Below are positions 42,461-56,436 of a DNA stretch of 64,000 nucleotides, piece by piece. Position 1 is the first letter of the stretch. Each line of letters opens with the position of its first letter. The notes beneath the pieces are model-generated. The model was not told the DNA's origin. It saw nothing but the letters and a program-made list of their open reading frames with translations, and searched no databases. Position numbers and translations under genes: made by a program. The DNA comes from Sminthopsis crassicaudata (taxonomy: Eukaryota): assembly GCF_048593235.1 (NCBI RefSeq), contig NC_133621.1, positions 187,757,238 through 187,821,237 of the forward strand, written 5' to 3'.

Positions 42461-45400
42461 CTTTTTTCTCCCGTCTCTCCCTTCCCCCCTCTCCCCACAC
42501 CCACCCAGACTATTATGGGGAGGTCGTTCCAACAATGCATTGTGCCTCCTCCAGGTGCTGGTCACTTTAAGGTCCGTGATGAGTAGGGCTGAATAGAAAC
42601 CTGCCACCTCGTGGGGAGGGGTTGGGATTGGATCATGAAATGCAAATAGAACTTCCACTGTCTAGTGACAAAAAAGTCATCTTTCCTCTTATTCCTTCCT
42701 CCGTCCTTTACCCCCCGCTGACCTGTGGATCTATTAAAGCTCTCTTAGAAAGAACAGAGTAAGGTGAGGAAAGATGGCTCTTGTTTTGGAGAAATGCAAG
42801 GCAATCTTACTCTTCTCCTGTCCTGACTTAGACACTTAACAGAGCCCACACCCACACGCCATCGGAATCATCCTGTGCCTCTTTTCCCTGCTCTATTTCC
42901 CTCCCGAGCAAAGACGTGTGCTGTGCGCTGGCAGGCCGATGGTCCAAGCCCACTATGAGAGGGCAATAAACCGGATGGGATCCTCCCTTTGCCTGTAGGT
43001 GATGGGCCTTGCCTTGGGAGAGTTCAGCCAGATTGGCTCATGCAGGAGACTGACAAGTCAGGATGGAACTGCATCATCATTGATGAGGACAGCTGTTCTG
43101 GAGCTTTTATTCTGTGCCTCGGTGCAGTTATCTGTTGTGATTTTGTGGCTAGGAGATTTTGGAAGTATTGTTCCCCTGAAGCTTTAGTAGTCTTTAGTAG
43201 CTGAGGAAAAAGGATTCCTCAGCATGGGGCTTTAGAGACTCTCTTTGCTTTATGAAAGCCAAGACTTGTATTTCTGGGGCAGAAATTGAATAATGCCTTG
43301 CTTAGTGCTTACCAAGTATATTTGTTAACTCGCTTCCTCTTTAAATTGTGGGGTGTGTTTATCTTTTTACAAGTTGTAACTAGAAGGTAAACTCATCAAG
43401 TCCAGGACTGGTTTTGTTTTGTCCTTGTATCCCCAGCTCCTAGCATAGGTAACTTCTTGCATATTACACTGTTAATTGTTAATTACATTGTTAATTACAA
43501 CAAAATATTGTTGTCTTGGATTAAGCTCATGGATTGGGTGAAGGGCCCACTAGCAAAGACTTTCAGCATTTGAAAGGGGGTATTACATTTTCCTTTTATG
43601 TTCTAATTGACTTCTATCCATTTCTGTACTTGATGGCTTAACCATCCAAGAAGCACTTTGCCTTTTGACAGCTTTTAAGGAACTAGTAGCTCTAGGTAAG
43701 GGAGCTAATAAAGCTTTCTTCTCTGAACAAATGTAGCCTACTTGACTGGCTACTGTGGCTATGTTTGGTTGTCCCCATTTGGGGTGGGGCTGGAGTTGTC
43801 TGTCAAAAAGGTTTAGGTGGGTTTCTCCCATGAGAAAGGATGAACATTGTAAACTCCCCAGTGTAGGGATGGCTCAGATCTCTGTGATGACCTAGGATTT
43901 TCCCTGGTGTTGTAGTCTTTGTAATGTGAGTATTTTTAGAAGTTCTTATTCTCGGAAGGTAACACTTGTTGCTACAAGGTGTAACTATACTTTGTTATCA
44001 AGGCCAATCTCCTCTTGCATTTTCTCCATCATAATCTCAAGGGAAATCTATTTTTCTTTCTTAGGTGTGAACAGATTGAACTGGAGACTTGTCTTTTCCC
44101 AGTATTTTTCTCTAGTGGATGCATTGAAGGCTTTTCACTAAGGATAATTTTGGAAATGGATGTAATTTCTATGGGTAGGAGGCACCCATATTTTGATGAG
44201 GCTTGGGAAGGGAGGATGATTTTGCCATAGGATTGCTTAAACTTCAGATTTTGAACATCTGGGACTTCCTCCTAATGCTTTGTAAAGTCAAAATTCATCA
44301 TTTCCATTATACTGTGATAGAGTTGGTCATCTTCCCCAGAAGTATGAACAGCAACTTACCTCCAAAGAACTGGTTCCCTAATCTACCCTGCCTCTCTTAC
44401 TATCCATACCTGGAGAAACCTTTTAGGTGAATGTCAAGATTAAGTCTAAAAGTAGGGAGAAGGCTCTAGAGCTTCTAGAGCTTCCAAGACTGGAAGCTTT
44501 GAAAATGGAATGGACAGTCATAACTAAGAATATGTCACAAGTTGTTTTGTTTTTTTTTTCTCAGAGAGTATTGATGTTGAAAATTTTTAAATAGGCTCTA
44601 TTCTTGCTTATGATCATATCATAAAATGCAAATTTCACTTTGTTTCATTTTAACATTCCTGCTTCTGACTTCAATACTAATAAACAAGTTTTGTTCATTA
44701 TGTTTCCCTTGGGGGTGGCTTTAGTCCTTGTTCTGGAATGTAGCTCCTCAGATATCTTTACAATGTCTTTGCATTTCAAAAGCAAAATAATATTTTATGG
44801 CTTTCATGCTCATGAGGCTACATGTGGAATTCTCCATTTGCATTGTAACATTGGTATTCTGAGTATTTCTGACTAATCATTCATCTCTAGTTTGAATTTG
44901 TGGTAACTTTTGCGTTAGACCCCTTAGAATCATAATGTGAACTACTTTTCCTGCACAAACTTTGAAATTTATCACTTTAGCTATATATGCAAATGTGGAT
45001 CCGCAGAGATATATTGTGTATAACTTTGGTGTTTTTGTTTTAAATGATAAATAAGAATAGAATGGTTCTGTATCATCTATATTTTTATAACCAGGCAAGT
45101 AGGAGAAACCTTTATAGCTGCCTTTTTTTTTTTTCTTAAATGTAGAACACAATGTTAGCATTATTTAAAAAAAAAAACAAAAAACAAAATTTACTAATCA
45201 CTTTTCCCTGGAAGCAATATTTTGATCCATATTGATTCTTATTCTTCTAAATATATTTGCATTGTGTATGTGTGTGTATATGTATTCAAAAGTATTTTTG
45301 TTTCTATATTTACTTTTTATAATCTATTTAGGTATTTTTTGATGCTTCCTTCTTTTCTTTAAAAATTACTGTTTTATCAATCAATAGTGTAATGTTAAAA

Positions 45401-48400
45401 TACATTGTATTGTTTTTGAGGTCAAAGAAGGTATAAAACATTCAGAGATTAATGCTGAACAACAATAGGTGGTTTGTTTTTTTTTTTTCTTTTATTATAA
45501 GTACTAATCTTTATAGGTTTATTTAACCGAACCATTATGGATGCTTTGGGTTACTATTTAAAAACTAATCCCCCTCATGTCTGTCTAACATAGATCTAAA
45601 AGTAACATGGTTCAAGTTAAATAATGTTAAAATCTGAATGTGGATCCCATCTCTTGGGTGAACCTGTCTAGCCAGCTTTCACTACCTCTTTTCTTATCTT
45701 CCATCTCTCAGGAGTCCGAGGGTGGTCTGTATATTTGCATGAATACCTTTTTGGGCTTTGGCAAGCAGTACGTTGAGAAGCATTACTGCAGGACTGGCCA
45801 GCGGGTCTATCTTCACCTCCAGAGGACTCGGCGTCCAGTAAGTGGGATGGGAATGAGCTGGGTAGCTGGGAGCATTTTTAGTTTGGGCACATTCCAAATA
45901 GAAATTGGGGAACTTGGAATTAGCATTTTGCATTGCTTTCAATGGTCTGTTATCATTGTATTTTCTGTTAGCCTTATTCTATTTCTTAGGGTTGTTTGTT
46001 TGTTTGTTTGTTTGTTTTTTAATCCATTTTTTCATTCACTATGTTTTCCTCTGTAAAATCCCATTGTTTTTTCCCATTTCAGTTGGGTTCTTTCCTCAGA
46101 ATTTCTCCAACACACTATATTTATTCCTGTGACCCTGACACTGACTCTATCTTCCCTGGCTCATTTGTAGAAAGAAGATGATGCCACTTCAGGGACAGGA
46201 GATCCCCCCAGAAAGAAGCCAACGCGCCTGGCTATTGGTGAGTACTCTGCACAACATTGTTTCCTTGCTCTTTTTCCTCGTGTAATGTATTTCTTCTCAT
46301 TGCCATAAGGAGCGACCAAGGAAGGCCCTGATTTGAGGTCTCCTCAATTTTGGAGGAGATGAAAACCCAGAAGGTAGAAGGGCCAGGAATCCAGGTACCT
46401 CTGGATCACCAGACCTCCGGGCTGTTGTCCTATTTGCCCTTTCCTCCCCTTTTTCTGTCAGGTGTGGAAGGCGGATTTGATCTCACAGAAAAGTTTGAAT
46501 ATGATGAGGATGTGAAGATTGTCATTTTACCAGACTACCTGGAGATTGCCCGAGATGGACTGGGAGGACTGCCTGAGATGGCCAGAGACCGGGTATGGAC
46601 ATTCCTCCCCACCTTGGCACCAGAGAGCCTAAGGTTGGGTGGAGAAGGAGGAGCTGGGGAAGGCTGATGGAGCAGCAAAGGTAGAGCAGTGTCTTGAACG
46701 AGTTCTGCCTCTGATGTCAGTGCCTTCTGTCTCCTCTCTCAGATCACCAGTGCAGTGGAGGCCCTGTTGTCAGCAGACTCTGCCTCACGGAAACAGGAGG
46801 TACAGGCTTGGGACGGGGAGGTGCGGCAAGTCTCTAAGCACGCCTTCAATCTCAAGCAGCTGGAGAATCCTGCCCGAATCCCTCCCTGGTGAGACTTAGC
46901 CTTGTGCTTCTACAGACAGCATAACTAGTGTCTCAGTGGGGAAACACAGGACACTCACCTTGGTTTGGAACTGTTAGAAAGAATTAGGGGAGAAGGATCA
47001 GTTTGGGTAAAGAGGAGAGATCTGCCTAATTCCCTTGTCCTCACTGTATGAACACACATTTGGCAACAGAGGCATTATGTTGGTGGTGGGAAGATCTGGG
47101 CTAACAGCCCTATTATGGTTTCAAAGGGAAGGCTTAGCTTTTTCCCTGTTCTATTTGGCAGTGGCTGGAAATGTTCCAAATGTGATATGCGGGAAAACTT
47201 GTGGCTCAACATGACGGATGGTTCCATACTCTGCGGTCGTCGATACTTTGACGGCAGTGGGGGCAATAACCATGCGGTAGAACATTACAAAGAAACTGGG
47301 TACCCGTTGGCAGTGAAGCTTGGCACTATCACACCTGATGGTGCAGGTATAGTCCCTCTGCCTTCCTTTCATGTACGTCTTCAATTGCCTTTAACGATAA
47401 TGGAGCTTTTGGTGTAGTGACTCATTTATTCCTTCAGGAATTGGCATCTGGGACTCAGGTGGTCCTCATTTTTGGATACTGGCTATCCTTTAGAACACTT
47501 CCCTGGAACACTTTCTTTCCTGATCTCTTCCTTCTAGCTTCCCTGGATTTTTTTCCAAGACCCAGCTAAAATCCTGGCTTCTACAAGAAGCCTTTCCCAA
47601 TCCCTCTTAATGATAAAGCCTCCTCTTTTGAGATTATTTCCAAGTGATATGCATGTCTTTTATTTATACATAGTTGTTTGCATATTGTGTTTCCTGTCAG
47701 GTTGTGAACTTCTTAGAGGCAAAAACCATTTTTGTCTTTCTTCTAACCCAAGCTCTTAGTACGGTGTGTGTGTCACATAAAAAACATATAATAAGTGTTT
47801 GTGTAGTTTATTCAGCTTCTTGGAGGGTGACTGGAATAAGTTTTGTGATTCCATCCCATTAGGACTTCCTCTTTGGTATTACAGGGACTGGGATCAAACT
47901 TAATCTCCCCATAAGTAACAATATTCTTTCTTCTGTGCCTAGATGTTTACTCATATGATGAAGATGATATGGTTCTGGATCCCAATCTAGCAGAACACCT
48001 ATCCCATTTTGGCATTGACATGCTGAAGATGCAGAAGGTGAGCAAGCTCTTTCCCACAACTTATTTCTTTCACATCTCTCCCCCCTCCCCTACCAATTCT
48101 CTCAAGAGTTTGCAGCCAAGGGAAAGCCTGAAAATCACTCCCAGGGCAACCTTGGACTTGAGTGGCCTCAAGTATCAGATCTTTGACTGTCATTGAAGGA
48201 GAATGCTTTGAGTACAACTATCTCCACTAGTTGGGCAGGGCTTGTGATTTTCCAATAAGAATTTTTGTTTAAGATCAGGACTTAGTTTTTCATTCCTTGA
48301 TTTACACAGAGGCTAATTGACTGTCATGGATTTCTGTACCATGTAAAGAGTTGTATGAGGTGAATTATCTCTTAAGATTCTGTGATTTAATAAGGATTTG

Positions 48401-51400
48401 TGTGCTCATGCTACATGTATAGCACTATTTGTTTATGTGTGTATATGTACTATAGTTGGCACAAAGAAGTAGATCATACAATTAAGTTAAATCTGAGAAG
48501 GTCCCAAACCTGACTTGCCATTCCCACCCCAGACAGACAAAACAATGACAGAGCTGGAGATAGATATGAACCAGCGGATTGGTGAATGGGAGTTGATCCA
48601 GGAGTCCAGCGTGCAGCTCAAGCCCCTCTATGGCCCCAGTTACACAGGCATCCGAAACTTAGGCAATAGCTGTTACCTCAACTCGGTGGTTCAAGTGCTC
48701 TTCAGCATCCCTGACTTCCAGAGGAAGTGAGTGGTTCCCTCCCCAACTTTATTTGGCCTTTTTTACTTAAGGGCTCTGGATTTTTAGTATCTCTCATCTT
48801 CTACTTCATAGCTTACTTGATTCTCTTTTTCCTCAGATTATTCTCAGCCTCCTCCCCCCACCCCCTTTTGCATTATATCCAAATTTCAGAATAGTTCCTC
48901 AGAAGTTTACTGTGACTGCAGGCTCTGGACTGCAGGGATAAAATTGAATAAAATGAGTAATAGCCCCCAAGTCCATATGATCCATATTCCTCTCTTTAGC
49001 TTTTGTGCTTACTCAAGTCCCATATATCTTATTTTCCCTATGTAGGATTTAGTATTAAATTGGATTATCTGACAAATAGCACCATGAGGCTGGCAAAGGG
49101 TGAGAGGGTTGGGTTGCTATAAGATGAAATGTTAAGACAAAATCCTTGACCTTGAATTTACAGTCAAATTTGGAAGAGAGGACACACAAGAAAAACAGGA
49201 AAGCATTTATAATGCAGCATACCAACAGATACAGATTAATATGGTATAAATTATATATATATATAGATTCCCAATCCCAAACCTGCTTTTTTCCCCTTTT
49301 CTTTCAAAAGGGGTGCCAGAGAGGCACCTTGTACTGAGGGGCTAGGAAGATCCATTCTATTTTGCTTAAGTAGTTTTTTTGGGCTCCAAGGTCCATTGTC
49401 ATTTGGGGTAGAGTTCTTTCTGAATCTCTCTTCCTTTGGACACCTCTCATAGTTTTCTCTAGCTCTCTGGTAACCAGTAACCTTCCCTTTAGTCTGTTCT
49501 GGACTGGAGATTTGTAAGCATTCTCTTGGTCCCTAGGTATGTGGACAAGTTGGAGAAGATCTTCCAGAATGCACCATCTGACCCCACCCAGGACTTCAGC
49601 ACCCAGGTGTATGTGACTGAGCCCTGGGGTGGCGGGATGGAAGGAACCTGGGTTTTGATTTTTGCCATGGCTAAATGACTCAGTGGATTGTTGGGGCCAG
49701 GGAATGTGGAGGAAGGTTGCCATTGTCTGTTTGCCTCTTGGAGGTATCCTGAGTTGAGAGAAGTCTTGCTGAGACAATATAGTAGGATGCTAAGAAGAAT
49801 GATAGTTTGAATGTACTTATAATTTAATAGTTATTAAAACACTTTCCTTACAACATTCCAGCAAATTAGGTAGGGCAGATATTATTATGCCCATTTTACA
49901 ACTTTGGGAGGATGAGTGGCTTGCCCCTCGGTACAGCCACTGAAGAGTGAAGCAGGAGCTCGTGCTGGTGTCTTCTGGCTCTTAGGTCCTGTGTTTTTTT
50001 CTTCATACCATCCTGTCTCTAGGAATGTTTTCAGGTGCCCACGGGAGAGGAAAAAGAGAAGGGTGGGGTTAGAGAGAGGTTGTGTGTGTATGTATTTTGT
50101 GTGGAGGACATACTGCGAATGCCAGGAACTTGCATATATAGTATTAGTCCCTAGGCTTGAGATTTAGGTGGGGGTTTGTGCTGACTTTTGAACATTTATC
50201 TTAGAGCCAAGTTGGGCCATGGCCTTCTCTCAGGAGAGTACTCCAAGCCTGCACCAGAATCTGGAGATGGGGAACAGGTGTCAGAGCAAAAGGTGAGTTC
50301 TGTTCTCTTCCTTGGTTGGTCTGTTTCTAGAATTAAGAGAGAGTCTATAGGAAATTCTTGGCTTGGATGGTAGAAAGCTTTGGGCACCTGCTGAATTCCT
50401 TCTCTGCTCCCTCTAGGGAATTCAGGACGGCATTGCCCCTCGAATGTTCAAGTCTCTCATTGGCAAAGGTCACCCAGAGTTCTCCACCAACCGGCAGCAG
50501 GATGCCCAGGAGTTCTTCCTTCATTTCATAAATATGGTTGAGGTAAAAGGGGAGAAAAGAGGAAAATTAGCAGAGGGTGGGCAAGACAACCCTTCTCCAG
50601 GACTGGCTTACTCTTTTTTTTTTATTTTATTTCTTCCTCTTGTCAGTCATTCTAATCCCCTTAACTTGGCAGTACTCCATGAGTCCAGAGCACCCAAAGA
50701 ATAGTGAAGGGAATACATGGTCAGGGACCTGACTGCCTAATTGGACCAAAAAAAAAAAAAAAAAAAAAAAAAAAGAAGAAGATGCCTCTCAGTATTTGGG
50801 GGGGAGGGGGTTACGAGGAAAGACTCCCACTTCACCCTTGTGTCACTGAAGGCCTTGGTGGGCTTCCCTTTCCTCTCTAGGCCCTCATTCCCTATCTTGG
50901 ATCCCTCAATCCTTCTTCCTCCTCCCTGCCTTCCCATTTCCCTTCAGAGGAATTGCCGAAGCTCAGAAAACCCAAATGAAGTATTCCGATTCCTGGTAGA
51001 AGAGAAGATCAAGTGCCTGGCCACAGAGAAGGTCAAGTACACCCAGCGAGTGGACTATATCATGCAGCTGCCTGTACCCATGGATGCAGCCCTTAACAAA
51101 GGTTGGGGTTGACAGTAACATTACCAATGAAATAGATCCACTGGGAGACTTGAGCTCTCCATGGTCCTGGGGAGAGAGGAGGAGGCTGAGTAGCGATAGT
51201 CCCCTGCTTTGGGGCCCCTGAGGGGGACAGGTGGTCATCTAAGGGTGGAGTCACTTAAGACCTACTAGAAGGCAGGATGAATTAAAGTTCTCTCCATTTT
51301 TTCTTCCTGTTCGGTCATAAAGCTTTATTTGTTGCCAGAGTGTTTATACCAGGTGGTTGGACAGGCCAGGGGAGTGACGTAGAAATGAGCTGACCAAAAC

Positions 51401-54400
51401 AATTCTGACTTTGTGCCCCTAGAGGAGCTTTTGGAGTATGAAGAGAAAAAACGCCAAGCAGAAGAGGAGAAGCAGCCTCTGCCAGAGCTGGTTCGGGCCC
51501 AGGTGCCTTTTAGTTCCTGCCTGGAGGCCTTTGGGGTCCCAGAGCAAGTAGATGACTTCTGGAGCACAGCTCTCCAAGCTAAATCTGTGGCTGTCAAGTG
51601 AGTTCCATTTGCATTGGGCCTATGGATAGAGTGCTTAGAGCCATGCTTCAGGGGCACCCATCCCTCATGACTGTCATTTCAGTTGAGAATCACTTGGGAT
51701 TGGCAGTTTCTTCTTAAACTCCACGTTTAATTGCCTGCACACAAACATGCACACCAAGGCAGCTTTTCTCCGCTTTTTCTGTACTGCCTTGTCCAAGAAA
51801 CAATTCAGGGATAAAGTTCTCCTGGTTCTTAGCAAGTTACTTTTAGCTCAGCCATGTGGATGAACACGGTTTGGGGTTTGTGAAAGGAAGTGGGCTGCTG
51901 TAAGCCAGTAGGAATTTCAGAGTGCTGTTGCTGCTGCTTATTTGTACTCATTGCCCATGGCACCAGCGTGGCTCTGCTTTAGGATGTTGCTGCTCTCTTG
52001 AGGGAGGGCATTGTGTAAGGCAGTAGCCCTCTTCCCCAAGAAGAGTTGAGCTTCAGAGAAGGGGTGTCCCCAAAATAGAAAAGAATAGGCAACCTGAGAT
52101 TCCTCATGTACAAGGCCTTTCTCTTCCTCAGGACAACACGATTTGCCTCGTTCCCTGACTACCTGGTCATCCAGATCAAGAAGTTTACCTTTGGCTTGGA
52201 CTGGGTGCCCAAAAAGTTAGGTATGCGGCCTTGTTCAACCTAGCCAGTAAATTACTTGGTTTTGCTTAGCTCTGTGACCTTTTGTGAGGAAAGGCCTCAG
52301 TTGGTAGCAGGTGGGGCATCATTGGAAAGTGATAGCAATATTTATTTTTTTTTTTTAAAGAATATCAATAAGGAATTTTTAAAATGCAGATAGAACAACT
52401 AGAAATAATTTTTTAAAAACTACTAAATATGGAGTCTAGGGTGATAGGATGGTGAGAGTTAAGAGAAAATGATAGTATAATTCAATTTTAAAGTTGAAAA
52501 AGCCCTTAAAGATAAAGAATGTGTCCAGAGGAAAGCTACCAGAATCAAGGAGAGAGCCAGAATGAGGGGATAAAAGAAATAGGTAGCTGTTTTAGGGCAT
52601 AAAAAATATGGGAGAGGAGCTAAGGAACACACTGTAGGAACATAGATTTAGGACTGGAAGGGACATTAAGAGGTCATCAAATCCAACTCCCGTCATTTTA
52701 CAGATGAGGAAACTTGATCAGAGATAGAAAGGGGCTTGCTCAAGGTCACAAATAGTAAGTAGCATAATTGAGATTTGAATCCAGATTTTCTGACACCAAA
52801 TAATGCTACACCCTGATGCTTCTTGTAATACTTCCAAAAAAAAAAAAAAAAAAATCTTGTGAAAAGTCAGCTGGGCTTAGGAAAGGCTCAGAGTTTCCTT
52901 ATGGACAAAGCGGAGGGAGGGTTCAGTTACCACACTCTGTAAGGAATACCAAAACCTAGTTATTGCTATGGTAAAGCAGCGTGCTGTCGTGTTTTATAAG
53001 GAATGGCTGAATATTAAGTGTTAAATATTAAAAGTCTTGTCATATAGGAAGAGAATTAAATGCATCTGTGTAGCTCCAGAAGGCTGATCCAGCATTATGA
53101 TCAGTAGGTAGAAGTTATAGGGAAGCAGGTAAGGAAAGATTTCCCAGCAGAGGTAAATAACTGAAGTTAGGCACACTCCTTTTTCTCTGCAAGTGTTTGG
53201 GCGTTGTAGGAAGGTTTAACCAGATAACTGGGGGGATATGCTTAAACTTATATAATTCTAGTTCAGATCTTTCCTTTTGCAGATAATTTTTCTCCCAGTG
53301 TCAGTCCCCTTTAGTTGCAAAAGAACCAGGGGGCGAACACAGGATTCTTGACTCCAGGGCTTTTTCCCCCACTGTGCTCTGGTTTGCTTTGAAAGTTAGT
53401 CCTTGTCTCTTAAGTAGTTTTAGTATTTGGGTAAACACTTGAGTTCTCCAGAGCACTTGTTAAGGCTGAACTGATGGGAATATGAAAGTCATCCCCTCTC
53501 TTCATGGTTACAGATGTATCCATTGAGATGCCCGAGGAGCTGGATATCTCACAGCTTCGGGGGTTAGGGCTGCAGCCTGGAGAGGAGGAGCTACCTGACA
53601 TTGCTCCACCCCTGGTCACCCCAGATGAACCCAAAGGTAGCCTTGGTTTCTATGGAAACGAAGATGAAGACTCCTTCTGCTCCCCTCACTTCTCCTCTCC
53701 GACATGTTAGTGATTCTTCTTCCTGCCTGTCTGCCTTTACCTTGCTGATATGTGTGGGGAAGTGGGGCTATACCTTGCCCCCTCCCCCTGGTCCTTTTTT
53801 CCTCTCTGCACTTTGCCTGTCGGTCCTCCCTTTTGCATTCCTTCTTCCCCACATGTTAGAGAACCCTTTCCCTAGGTTCTTACTGGGGAGATGGAGATAG
53901 ATTTTCCATTCATACCCTTCATATGATTGGAAGTCTGTCTTATTAGTTGTGCGTACCTGGTGCCTTGGAAGAAAGTAGGAGGGAAATAGACATGGTCCAG
54001 ACATGGAAATCTCCTGCATGGTTGGGCACCCAAGGCCTGAAAGTGGGGGGGTGGGAGTCACTAATTGTTGTTCCTTTTGGGTATACTCAACCCACAGTAT
54101 ATTTGTGAGGTTTTTCAGATTTAGGGGTAGGGTATGAGAAGGGAAGATAAAAGAAGGTGGGGTTGGGACAGGGAAGATGAGATAAGCTCGTGGGAGGTTG
54201 GTGGGCAGGCACTATTCAGGGAGCTAGATGATACCTTGTTCTATCTCCTACTCTCCACAGCACCCATGTTGGATGAATCTGTCATCATTCAGCTGGTAGA
54301 GATGGGTTTCCCCATGGATGCTTGCCGCAAAGCTGTCTACTACACTGGCAACAGTGGGGCTGAAGCTGCTATGAACTGGGTCATGTCTCATATGGATGAT

Positions 54401-56070
54401 CCAGGTATGAAGGAGAGTGTAAAAGGTTAGGGATTGAGGGACAGGGATTCTTGACTCATTCCATACTTCAACACTACATCCTGTACCCCCGCAGATTTTG
54501 CAAACCCACTTGTCCTGCCTGGCTCCAGTGGTCCTGGTTCTACCAGCACAGTGGCTGACCCCCCCTCAGAAGATTGTGTGGCTACTATTGTCTCCATGGG
54601 CTTCTCCAGGGACCAGGCCATGAAAGCACTGCGGGCTACGGTATATATAGAAGAGTTTGATAATTGTGGGAGGTAGAGTAGAGAAGGGAGAATGTGGGAA
54701 GAGTAGATGTGCCATGGATGATGTGAAAGCTGTTTATACCAAGAGAATTCTTAGAGCTTTCTCTGTTTTTTTCAATATTCTTATCTAAGTTATAATCCTT
54801 GTTATGTAATTTTGGAAAAAAACTTACCTTTCCTCTCTCCCAGAACAACAATCTTGAACGGGCTGTAGACTGGATTTTTAGCCACATTGATGACCTGGAT
54901 GCAGAGGCCGCTATGGACATTTCAGAGGGGCGCTCAGCTGCAGATTCCATCTCTGAGTCTGTGCCTGTGGGACCTAAAGTCCGAGATGGTCCTGGAAGTG
55001 AGTATCTGAGCAGAGAGGAGGCTTGTGTGGCTTGTCTAAGTTTGGCCTCTAGTGCCTCTAAGGTAGACCTTACCACTAAGAACCTCTACCTTTTGTTGGA
55101 GTTAAAAGTTCCTTCTGAAGTTAAACCTGCCTTTAAGATTGGGAATTGATAGGTTGGAAGTTAATCTAATCTTACATCTTTCATGTAGTCTGTGACATAC
55201 TTTTCTGTAAATTATGTCTTGATTTGGGGTCACGGGAAATAGAACATTTGTCTGTAAAGAGGCATCTTGGGGAGAATGTCTCTGAAATTCCTCCCTTCTG
55301 ATTCTTTTCTATTATTTCTCCTTCCTTAGAGTATCAGCTCTTTGCCTTCATCAGTCACATGGGCACTTCTACCATGTGTGGTCACTATGTCTGCCATATC
55401 AAGAAGGAGGGCAGGTGAGATGCTATTTGGGGATCAGGGAAGGGGGAGTTTGATAAAAGGTTAGAAGGAGATCATCTTCTATTTGGATGGAAGGAGGGAA
55501 AATTGATAAAGTGCGCTAGGTTTGAAAGAAAAGAGCATCAATGAAACATTTAAAAAGGCAGGGCACTTTTGTTACTATTACATTAAATGTGAATAAATAC
55601 ATGATTTCACATCTAATCCTCTTCTTTGAACAGAAATGTTCATTGTTGGTGGTATTAATGGATCATAATAAAGGGAGGGAATGTTAGGAAGGAGAAAGAA
55701 ATAATGTGTGTAACATTATCAGAAAATCTTAGAAAAATCATTTGTGTAGAAGAGCCAAGCTTTATATATGAAACAGGAGTGCTTTGTGATGATGTCTGTA
55801 GACCCTGGCTGTGGAGCCTCAGAAAATTGGGGCTTAGGCTTATGAGAAAGTCAGACCTAGCTGTATCAGTTATCTTAAGTTCATCTCTACTAGTGATTTC
55901 TCTGGCATGGCTCAGACATGGAATTGATGCCCATTAGCACTGCAATGCACCCATCTTATCTTCCTTCCTTCCCCAGGTGGGTTATCTACAATGATCAGAA
56001 AGTATGTGCCTCAGAGAAGCCACCCAAGGACCTGGGCTATATTTACTTCTACCAGAGAATGGCCAGCTAA
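41983..56070 (+). CDS. USP5: Ubiquitin carboxyl-terminal hydrolase 5 (isopeptidase T), 857 aa long isoform / 834 aa short isoform
   Basis: 20 exons: 41983-42093, 45712-45837, 46171-46237, 46462-46592, 46743-46888, 47162-47346, 47943-48037, 48533-48726, 49537-49608, 50205-50292, 50417-50542, 50948-51101, 51423-51597, 52132-52220, 53514-53705 (or -53636), 54261-54404, 54495-54640, 54844-54997, 55330-55414, 55977-56070. Total 2574 nt. ZnF-UBP ([10 protein letters not shown]), Cys box GNSCY (Cys at 48671-48673), two UBA domains, His box CGHYV. AATAAA at 56861-56866. Confidence 0.98.
52640..52815 (-). mobile_element. MIR3/MIR fragment in USP5 intron 14
   Basis: 'ctggaagggacattaagaggtcatc...cattttacagatgaggaaac...caaggtcaca...gatttgaatcc'. 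Confidence 0.7.
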
Positions 56071-56436
56071 GAGCCTGTCTTCTGCCTCACCTCTTACTGA
56101 AAATGGGCCAGGCAGCAGTGGCACCACAGACCAACTGGCATGAGGAGGGGCTGAACAGAGAAGGAATCCTGATTCTCCTCCTCGATCCCCTTCTCTTCCT
56201 ATCCCTTAGAGCACGCTGGAGGCCTTGAGGGACTGACTGAGTTAAGGGGAAAGCTGGAATGCAGGGGCCACCCCCCACAGACTTAGGCGGGGACAGGGGA
56301 GGGGAGGAATGGACCTTCTATCTATAATGAAATCTTTTCAATTCTCCAATTTCCCTTCCCTCTTCCACATCCTTTACTATTCTGCTTTTGATTCTCAGTG
56401 TAACCTTGCTCAGGCCCTTCAAGGAAGAGAGAAAAT

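Noticed and set aside
43079-43180. Possible C/D-box snoRNA (TTGATGA ... CTGA) in USP5 intron 1
   Set aside because: Imperfect C box, no terminal stem, and no recognisable rRNA/snRNA antisense element.
50748-50773. Isolated poly-A runs (also 24371-24390 and about 52826-52853) as possible retrocopy tails
   Set aside because: No flanking TSD or identifiable upstream body found.
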